Assembly: GCA_051313645.2 (NCBI GenBank)
Contig: JBNRSN020000011.1
Coordinates: 58,900,001-58,964,000 of the forward strand
Length of the DNA stretch: 64,000 nucleotides
From: Centroscyllium fabricii
Taxonomy: Eukaryota
Direction: 5' to 3'
Positions 34,934-45,100 of this stretch are shown piece after piece. The position numbers and the translations under genes are program-made. The notes beneath the pieces were generated by a model that worked only from the letters and a program-made list of their open reading frames with translations, made no database searches and was not told where the DNA came from. The number at the start of each line of letters is the position of its first letter. Position 1 is the first letter of the stretch.

Positions 34934-37900
34934 TTAATGCATGGAAGGAAGAAAAACATTTTTGCATATTATTGTATGAGCCCAGCTCAACAGTTCACAA
35001 TAAGTCTCTCCGGCGGTCGTGTCTGCCTTGAGGACCGCTAGTGGCGGCGGGGCCGGGTCCTCGGGCAGCTGTGTCTGTGGTGTGGCGTCTGGTTCTTGGT
35101 CCTCGGCTGGTAGTGTCGGGGGCCTCGGTGTGTGCGTGTGCATAGGCCACGATCCGGTGGGTTGTGGTTGGTGTGTAGGCCAGTAGTCGGTAGGCAGTGG
35201 CTGGTTGGGCTGAGGCTCGACCAGGGGCTCTGCTGTGGTGCTCCCGGCGGGCGCTAGGTCCCTGATGGAAACTGTTTCCTCGCGCCCGTCCGGGAACTGC
35301 ACGTAGGTGTACTGCGGGTTGGCGTGCAGCAGCTGCACCTTTTCCACCAGGGGGTCGGTCTTATGGCTGCGGACATGTTTTCTAAGTAAGACCGGCCCCG
35401 GCATCGTGAGCCACGGTGGGAGTGCTGTCCCCGAAGTCGACTTCCTGGGAAATGAAAAGAGCAAGTCGTGAGGTGTGGCGTTGGTAGCCGTACACAGCAG
35501 AGAGCGGATGGAGTGGAGCGCGTCTGGGAGGACTGCCTGCCAACAGGACACTGGAAGGCCTCTGGACTTCAGGACCAGGCTGACCGCCTTCCAGATGATC
35601 CCGTTCTCCCTTTCTACCTGGCCGTTCCCCCGGGGGTTGTAACTGGTCGTTCTGCTTGAGGCAACACCTTTCTGAAGCAGAAACTGACGCAGTTCGTCGC
35701 TCATGAACGACGACCCCCGGTCGCTATGGATGTTGCTGGGGAGACCGAAAATGGCGAACAGCATGGTGAAGTGTTTGATCACCGTTGCGCTTGTCATATC
35801 TGGGCAGGGGAAGGCAAAGGGGAAGCGGGAGAACTCGTCTACGACCGTGAGGAAGTACGGGTTGCGGTCGGTGGAGGGGAGGGGGCCTTTGAAGTCCACG
35901 CTTAGACGTTCAAAGGGGCGGGTGGCCTTAATGAGGTGTGCCGTGTCTGGCCTGTAAAATTGGGGTTTGCACTCGGCGCAAACAGGGCACTCTCGGGTCA
36001 TAGCCTTGATCTCCGTGATGGAGTAGGGGTGGCTACGAGATTTAACGAAATGGGCAAGTCTGGTGATACCCGGGTGGCAGAGGCAATCGTGGAGTTCCTT
36101 CAGCCGGTCTAGCTGGGCACTGGCGCACGTTCCCCTGGACAGTGCGTCCGGGGGTTCATTGAGTTTGCCTGGTCGGTAAAGAATGTCATACTCGTAAGTC
36201 GAGAGCTCGATCCGCCACCGCAGGATCTTATCATTCTTGATTTTACCCTTTTGTTTATTGTTAAACATAAACGCAACTGACCGTTGGTCGGTAAAGGCCC
36301 TGTCACACCTTGACGAATTAGCTAGCGCATGCCGACGTATGCAAATTTATCTAAAACGCTGGCGTTCGCTGTGTTTTTTACAGTTTTTGGGCGTATAATA
36401 GCGTATTCATAACGAGTTGGACGTATCGTATTAGTAACGTACACAGAAAGTTTCGATAAGTTACAGATAACTTATACCAACGAATGCTTAGCGTGTTGTC
36501 GGCGTTCACAACTTATGCCCAACGATAGTCTAACTTATGCATAGCGCACGGCAGCGTTTCGCCGACGATCACGTGGCTAGACATTATCTCGACGTATTTT
36601 GACTTATGACTAACTTACAAGTAACGTGTGTCGACGTGTGTCAACGATCGCCTACCGTGCCTACAACTTATGGCCAGCGTATGCGGACGTGTGAGTCATA
36701 CGCTGGGTACGTCGAGAAATTTTGTGCATGCTCAAAATTTCTCGACTTACTCGAAGTACAACGACGTATGCCAGCATATGCCAGCGTATGCCAGCGTGCT
36801 CTTAACGTATACAAAACTTACCCATAACGTATTCGACGTGTACCAGCGTTTTCGCCAAATTTGCATACGCTGGCTAAAACGTCAAGGTGTGACAGCCCCA
36901 TGAGCAGGGTAAAACGCTTACCGGCCAGGTAATGACGCCAGTAGCGCACGGCCTCCACGATGGCCTAGGCCTCCTTTTCCACTGCAGAGTAGTGCGTTTC
37001 GGGTCCCTGTAGGGTGCGGGAGAAAAACGCTATGCGCCTGCCTGCCTGATTCAGGGTGGCGGCAAGGGCAAAGTCCGAAGCGTCACTCTCCACCTGGAAA
37101 GGGATGGACTCATCAACGGCATGCATGGTTGCCTTGATAATATCTTCCTTGATCTGGGCGAACGCCGTGTGGGCTTCTCCCGAGAGGGGGAAGACGGCAG
37201 CCTTGAGGAGCGGTCTGGCCTTATCCGCGAACTGGGGAACCCATTGCGCGTAATAGGAGAAAATTCCCAGACATCTCTTCAGGGCTTTGGGGTTGTGAGG
37301 TAAGGGCAGTTCCTGTAAGGGGTGCATACGCTGTGGGTCGGGGCCAACGACCCCGTTTTCCACTACGTATCCGAGGATGGCGAGCCGATCTGTACTAAAG
37401 ACGCACTTGTCTTTATTGTATGTGAGATCGAGCCGTTTCGCCGTGTGGAGGAATTTGGCCAGGTTGGCATCGTGGTCCTGCTGGTCATGGCCGCAGATGG
37501 TCACGTTGTCCAGGTAGGGGAAAGTGGGCTGCAACCCGTTCTGGTCAACCATACGGTCCATCTCCCTCTGGAATACCGACACTCCGTTGGTCACGCCGAA
37601 GGGGACCCGGAGGAAGTGGTAGAGCCGACCGTTCGCCTCGAAGGCGGTGTACGGGCGGTCGGCTTTCCGGATCGGGAGTTGGTGATACGCCGACTTAAGG
37701 TCGATTGTGGAGAACACCTTATACTGGGCGATCTGGTTAACCATTTCCGAGATGCGGGGAAGGGGATAGGCGTCGAGCCCGGTGTAGCGGTTAATGGTCT
37801 GGCTGTAGTCGATCACCATCCGCAGTTTCTCGCCAGTCTTAACCACTACGACCTGGGCCCGCCAGGGGCTGGTGCTGGCTTCAATTATCCCCTCCTGCAG

Positions 37901-39786
37901 CATACGCGCGACCTCCGACCTGATAAATGTCCGATCCCCTGCACTGTAACGCTGACTCTTTGTAGCAATGGGTTGGCAGTTGGGGTCGAGGTTGGCGAAC
38001 AGCGAGGGGGGGTCGACTTTCAGGGTGGATAGGCCGCAAGAAGGGCTCCGCTTTAGGAAGGGATTGTCCCGGCTACTGACGGCGAGGGGGGGTAGGGTCC
38101 CGCCGAACTCCATTGTCACGCTCTTCAGGTGGCACTGGAAATCCAGTCCCAGTAAGACTGGGGCGCACAACTGCTGGAGTATGTACAGTTTAAAGTTACA
38201 GTACACGCAGTCCCTGACTGTGAGCGTGATGGAGCAGTAGCAGGTGACGTCCGCCGTGTGGGACTTTGAAACAAGGGAAATTTGGTAGTGCATGGGCAGG
38301 GTCTGCAGTCCGTAGCGCCGCACTGTGTCGGGGTGAATGAAGCTCTCTGTGCTTCCGGTGTCGAACAGGCAGTTGGTGATATGGCCGTTAACCTTAATCC
38401 CCATCATGGAATTTGATAGGGTGTGCGGCCTAGCGTGGTCGACTGTGGCTGAGGCCGAAGTGTGTGTGCGTGTGTGGGGGCCCTCCGCTAGCTGGGGCCG
38501 TGCACAAGATGGCGGCGCACGTGATTCGCACGCGGCCGACCGCGATGGACAAGATGGCGGCGCCGGGGGGGTCGCACATGACTGGCCGCTGAAGACAAGA
38601 TGGCGGCGCCGGGGGGTCACACATGGCTGGCCGCTGAAGACAAGATGGCGGCGCCGGGGAGTCTCACATGGCCGGCCGCTGAAGACAAGATGGCGGCACC
38701 CGTGATTCGCACGCGGCGGGCCTCTGTGGATGCAGTGGCGGTGCCTGTGGTTCGCACGCGGTGGGCCGCGGTGGCTGAGTTGGTGGCGCCCGTGATTCAC
38801 ACGCAGCGGGCCGCGCTGGGCGGGATGCCGGCGTTGGGGGGTCGCCCATGGCCGGCCGCGGCCGTCTTTGGTGTGGCGGTGCCCATGCCATGTGTGCGGC
38901 CGGCCTCTGCCGTATCAGGGTGGGAGACGGGGGCGCTTGTAATCTACCCCTGGACCGCTGCTGGGTCCCGCTGCAACAGCCATGGGATGGCGTTGGAGCT
39001 CTCGCAGGCCGCGCTGTTGTGTCTGGAGCTGGGCGCTGGGGCCAATTTGCAGGCCCTGGCGTAATGTCCCTTTTTACTGCATTTCTCGCAGATCGCGGTC
39101 CTCACGGGGCATTTCGCTCGCGGATGTAGTCGCTGGCCGCAGAAGTAGCATTTTTTATCCGCTGGCAGCTTCGCAGCTGCCGCTGCCGTTGTGGGGGTCT
39201 CGACCTGTCATGGGGCCACCCAGGAGTCGAGGGTGGCTTGTGGGCCTTGGCCGCTATACGCCTCTAGTCTGTGGCGTGCTCCATCCACTGCGTTAGAGAT
39301 GGAGATCGCCTCTTCCAGCGATAAGGTCTCTTTCTCCAGCAACCGCTGGCGGGCCTGACCGGACCTGATCCCCGTCACATAGGCGTCCCGAACGAGAAGA
39401 TTCGTCTCCTCCTGCGCCGTCCGTGCCTGGCAGTCACAGGCCCGGGCGAGGGCTTGGAGCGGCAACAGATATTGTTCATTGGACTCACCGATCCGTTGTT
39501 GTCTGGTCGCCAGCACATGTCTGGCGTAGACTGAGTGGACCGGGTGCACGTAGCATGCCTCCAGTTTCTCCACGGCCTCTTTGTATGTTTTTGCGTTGCG
39601 GATGAAGGAGTATACCCGGCTGGAGATCCTGGACGAGAGAACGTGGAGTTTGTTCCCGTCGGTCGTCGCCTTGGCAGCCTCCATGTAGGCCTCGACGAGG
39701 CTGAACCAATATTCAAAAGTATTGGCGGCGTCTGGATCCTGTGGACTGACATCCAGCTTTTCGGGTTTCACAGCACCGCTCTCCAT
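34934..39786 (-). pseudogene. Element D gag-pol, disrupted by stops, frameshifts and a MITE
   Basis: MESGAVKPEKLD gag, LFDTGS, YLDN, VESDAS, HDCLCHPG, SDRG, QVERE. Confidence 0.9.
36295..36900. mobile_element. 606-bp TIR element (Harbinger-like MITE) in the RNase H region of element D
   Basis: TIR core CTGTCACACCTTGACG / CGTCAAGGTGTGACAG extending imperfectly to ~35 bp; 3-bp TSD TAA/TGA splits the LTDQR codons. Confidence 0.9.
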
Positions 39787-40683
39787 TTTAAATTTAAAGT
39801 GAATACAATTGACGTATCGTCAATGAGGCAAAGACGAGTAGTTACCTTAACTAGAGGCTTTTATTCACTTTACAATGGAGCTACTCTCCAGTACAGAATG
39901 AATGGGGGCAGGTCAGACCCCATCTATAAGGCACTCACCTGAGGGGAGGAGTTAGAGGTGTGGCTGACCTGACCTCGCGACAGTGTCGTTATACAAAACT
40001 ATGTACAATGCACCCAGCCACTATACATGCTGGTCTGTAGTGTGCTCAACTATTTACACTGGTAATCATGATTACCACAAGACCCCCAGAGAGACTTGCC
40101 TATACGTACTTCTGAGACACTTCACCCCGTCGGACTCATTTTAAACAAGGGGTGAATGTGGCAAACTACTAATCTGCCTGTACAGAATATGTCTGGGCAT
40201 GCCTCAGCTGGCTCCACCCCAGGCTCCACCCTTAAGCCCAGGTATAAAGGTGATTGACCTCCAGCCCCCCTGGCTTTAAGGATCGGTCTACCAGCAGACG
40301 CATGCTCATATTCTTTTGTTAATAAAAGCCTACTTGTTATAAGTTTAACTCTTAGTCTTTTGGGATTTATTGATGGCACATCACAATTGGAAATGTTTGG
40401 GATCAATTTTCCCTGTGAGCTACGTGGGTGCACAGCCGCGCAGCAATCGGTGAAGGAACCGCGCAAGCCGCTCATAAGCTGGCCCATTGACCATCCTGCA
40501 TTGCAAATTTAAAGATACCACACATTTAAATAAACAGGCTGTGCCCCCATGGCAACATTTAGATGGAGCATTGGTTGGGATAAGAGTGGGTCAATTAGCT
40601 GCCCATTCACCTGGTTTCCGCCAGCTGGGAAGGTTTAAAATTGACCCCTTAGTTTCATCTAAGATAGTTAGTGAGTTTCATAT

Positions 40684-40933
40684 TGATGCACGATCAATTA
40701 CAGTGAGTCGACGAAGTTAAGTAATTGAGGCTTTTATTAACAAAGAACTGGAGTACAGGTCTTGTCACTATCTGGTCCTGGAATGCCACGAGGTCAGCAG
40801 GGCTGCCACCTTTATACCACAGTCTGTGGGTGGAGCCAGGAGGCGGAGCCGGCTGAGGCATCCCAGGTAGATCTCAGGTGGACAAGAGGTAACTATATAC
40901 AATACAGTATTAGTGGTAAACCGGTTTACCACA
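40684..40933 (-). mobile_element. Solo LTR (Gypsy, second lineage)
   Basis: TGATG...TTTACCACA ends, TSD CATAT/CATAC, minus-strand TATAAA and AATAAAAGCCT. Confidence 0.87.
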
Positions 40934-42123
40934 CATACCCTAGTTGCTAACTATCTTATCCTCATGGGATCAAGCAGTGTTTGGGCTCCAAAACAAATTC
41001 TTACCACAGGAGGTGTCAGATTGCACGGAAGATAACAAATGTGCAATGCTGCCCTTTTATTCTGCTTTGCGCAAATTTGAAGGGGAACTTAAATTCTATT
41101 ATATGAATGCAGAAGATGCTCTGTTCTGATATGAACAGAATTGTTAGAAATTCAATGAATTTTGGTCTTTTTATGGCTGAGACATTAAGGCAAACTGTCA
41201 TAAAAACCATAATTTATTTCCCTGGCTAGATGGTGGAACGTATCCTATTTAACAAGATTTGTTTTCATAATAAAGAATCATATAGATTTACAACATAAAA
41301 GGAAGCCATTTTACCCATGGGCAGGATTTTGCGAATGGAGATGTGCTGGAGGCGGGTCTGCTGCTTGTCGGGTCTCAGTCCCGCCTCCATCATCTTCTGG
41401 CCAACCAGCGAGATTTTCCTCTGATTCACCTTGTTAAGCCCGCCCTGCGGGCTCAGCAGGCCGATTAGGGGGAAGTCACTGACAGAGCATGTCAACATCT
41501 GACGTGCCATCTGTCAAGACTTCTTGAAAGAAGAAATGTCAGTGTTTGACAGCACTGTGAAGCTGTCAAACACTGACATTCTGTGTAGTTTGATGAGGCC
41601 TTGTGTTCAAGACTCATCAAACCTTTCAACTTTGTAGAAAGTAGATGACTGTTCGGAGGATCCAACAGCCAGTCTGTGAAATCTACAATGAAGATGTAAT
41701 GACTTCAGAACCACCGCAGCTGAAGGCTGTAGGCAGAAACAAAGGTAAGTGAACATTTTTTAACACTCACCTTACATACTTACCACTCCACACTTGCGCC
41801 CATCACTCACCTCTACATCTCACTTTCAGGCCGTTCCGACCCCCACCGACCTCCGACTCGACTTCTCCAACCTGGCGGGGTTCGCTGTGGTTGGGAAGCC
41901 TTCACCTGAAAAGGTAAAATGGAACTCATCGTTTTTTCTGCCTGTTAACTACCTGTTAACAGGCAGTTAAAAGGATTTAACCCCTTTCCTGCCTCGAGGA
42001 GATGGGACCTGGAACAGGACAGCTTCCTGCCTCCTGGCAAAAGGGCACGGAGACGGGATGAGGACGGGTTTGCCATCCGCCCCCACTTTCTGCAACTTTA
42101 CCGGCAGTCCCACCTCCACACCC

Positions 42124-45100
42124 TGACGTATCGTCAAGGTCTTCAATTAAAAGAGTCGACGCGTAGTTACCGAAACTAAAGGCTTTTAATTACTAAAGAA
42201 CGGAGCTACTCTCCAGATGAACTACTGTACAGGAATGGATGGAGCCTCGGTCAGAGCACACCTATATCGGGGCCTCACCTGGGGGAGGAGTCGGGGGTGT
42301 GGCTGACCTGGCTCCCAACAGAGTCACAGTAAACGGGGCTGTGCCTAACATCTGCACAGCCCATCATTAGCCATGGTGATACAGTGGTATAACAGATATA
42401 GAACGGTTACCACATTCACCCCTTCTTAAAAACTTTGAGTCCGGGGGGGGGTGAATGGATCGAACAGTTCATAATTAGTCTGTCCGGCGGTCGTGTCTGC
42501 CTGGAGGACCGCCGGCGCTCCGGTGTTGGCGGCGGTGCCTCTTGTGTCAAATGGTCCGCATCTGCCGGCGCTGTGGCTTCAGGTCGTGGTGGGCTCGGCT
42601 GGTCCCCGCCGTCCGGTTCGTAGTCAGGGAAACTCGGGGGCCATCCTGCGTCTGGTGGTTGGTCGAACTGCTGGCCAGCAGGGGGCACTGTGGTGGTGAT
42701 TCCGGCCGGGGCCAGGTCCCTGATGGACACGGTGTCCTCACGCCCGTCCGGGAACTGCACGAAGGCATAGTGCGGGTTCGCGTGTAGGAGCTGTACCTTG
42801 TCCACCAGGGGGTCCGTCTTGTGGCTCCGGACATGCCTTTTAAGCAAAACCGGCCCCGGCGTCGTCAGCCATGGAGGGAGAGCTGTCACCGAAGTCGACC
42901 TCCTGTTAAAAGAAAAAATCAGATCATGCGGGGTGGCGTTAGTGGCGGTACATAACAGTGAGCGAATAGAGTGCAGCGCATCTGGGAGGACTGCCTGCCA
43001 ATGGGACACTGGAAGGCCTCTGGACTTAAGGGCCAGGGTGACCGCCCTCCAGATGATCACATTCTCCCTTTCTACCTGGCCGTTTCCCCGGGGGTTATAA
43101 CTGGTCGTTCTGCTCGTGGCAACCCCTCTCTGGAGCAGGAACTGGCGCAGTTCATCGCTCATGAACGATGACCCCCGGTCGCTATGTATGTAGCTGGGGA
43201 GACCGAAAATGGCGAACAGCGTGGTGAAGTGTTTTATCACCGTTGCGCTCGTCATGTCTGGGCAGGGGAAGGCGAAGGGGAAGCAGGAGAACTCATCCGC
43301 TACCGTGAGGAAGTATGAGTTGCGGTCGGTGGAGGGGAGGGGGCCTTTGAAGTCCACGCTGAGACGTTCAAAGGGGCGGGTGGCCTTGATGAGGTGCGTC
43401 GTGTCTGGACGGAAAAAGTGGGGTTTGCACTCGGCGCAGACAGGGCACTCTCGGGTCATAGCCTTGATCTCCGTGATGGAGTAGGGGAGGCTACGGGATT
43501 TGACGAAATGGGCGAGTCTGGTGACACCCGGGTGGCAAAGGCGGACATGGAGGTCCTTCAGCCGGTCTAGCTGGGCACTGGCGCATGGTCCCCTGGACAG
43601 AGCGTCAGGGGGTTCGTTGAGTTTGCCTGGTCGGTAAAGAATGTCGTACTCGTATGTCGAGAGTTCGATCCGCCACCGCAGGATCTTATCATTCTTGATT
43701 TTACCCCGTTGTTTATTATTAAACATAAAGGCTACCGACCGTTGGTTGGTGAGCAGGGTAAAACGCTTACCGGCCAGGTAATGACGCCAGTAGCGCATGG
43801 CCTCCACGATGGCCTGGGCCTCCTTTTCCACTGCTGAGTGGCGAGTTTCAGGTCCCTGTAAGGTGCGGGAGAAAAACGCTACGGGCCTGCCTGCCTGATT
43901 CAGGGTGGCAGCAAGGGCGAAGTCCGAAGCGTCACTCTCCACCTGGAAAGGGATGGATTCATCAACAGCGAGCATGGTCGCCTTGATAATATCTTCCTTT
44001 ATCCTTGCGAATGCCGTTTGGGCTTCCACAGAGAGGGGGAAGACTGCAGCCTTGAGGAGTGGCCTAGCCTTATCTGCGAACTGTGGGACCCATTGTGCAT
44101 AATAGGAGAAAAATCCTAGACATCTCCTCAAGGCTTTGGGGTTGTGAGGTAGGGGCAGTTCTTGCAAGGGTCGCATACGCTGTGGGTCGGGGCCGAGGAG
44201 CCCGTTCTCCACCACATATCCGAGGATGGCGAGCCGGGCTGTATTAAAGACACATTTGTCTTTGTTATACGTGAGGTCCAGCTTAGCCGCCGTGGCGAGA
44301 AATTTGGCCAGATTGGCATCGTGGTCCTGCTGGTCATGGCCGCAGATGGTCACGTTGTCCAGGTAAGGGAAGGTGGCCTGCAAGTCGTTTTGGTCAACCA
44401 TACGGTCCATCTCCCGTTGGAACACTGACACTCTGTTGGTCACGCCAAAGGGGACCCGGAGGAAGTGGTAGAGCCGACCGTTCGCCTCGAAGGCGGTGTA
44501 GGGGCGGTCGGCTTTCCGGATCGGGAGCTGATGATACGCCGATTTAAGGTCGATCGTAGAGAACACTTTGTACTGGGCGATCTGGTTGACCATTTCTGAG
44601 ATGCGGGGAAGGTGGTAGGTGTCGAGCCCGGTGTAGCGGTTGATAGTCTGGCTGTAATCGATAACCAGCCGCTGTTTTTCACCAGACTTCACCACTACAA
44701 CTTGGGCGCGCCAGGTGCTGGTGCTGGCTTCAATTATCCCCTCCTTCAGCATCCGCCCGACCTCCGACCTGATAAACGTGCGATCCCCCTCACTGTACCG
44801 CCGACTCTTAGTGGCAATGGGTTTGCACTTCGGATCGAGGTTGGCGAACAGCGAGGGGGGGTCGATTTTCAGGGTGGAGAGGCCGCAGGCCGGGCTCCGC
44901 TTTGGGGGGAGATTGTCCCGGCTACTGACGGTGACCGGGGGTAAGGTCCCGCCGAACTCCATTGTCACACTCCTGAAGTGGCACTGGAAATCCAAACCTA
45001 GTAAGGCTGGGGCACACAACTGTTGGAGGGTATACAATTTAAAATTACGGTACACGCGCCCCTGGACGGTGAGCGTGACGGAGCAGTAGCCGGTTGCGTC

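Larger units (their letters stand above)
34601..40079 (-). mobile_element. Gypsy element D nested in element C
   Basis: LTRs 34601-34882 and 39810-40079 (12-bp indel), TSD AGACC on both sides. Confidence 0.95.
30469..40383 (+). mobile_element. Gypsy element C, host of nested Rex1 fragment and element D
   Basis: 227-bp LTRs 30469-30695 and 40157-40383, TSD CAATT (30464-30468 / 40384-40388), PPT AAGGGGTGAA. Confidence 0.95.

Noticed and set aside
40998-41129. Possible host exon on either strand
   Set aside because: Short, no recognisable homology, ambiguous splice signals.
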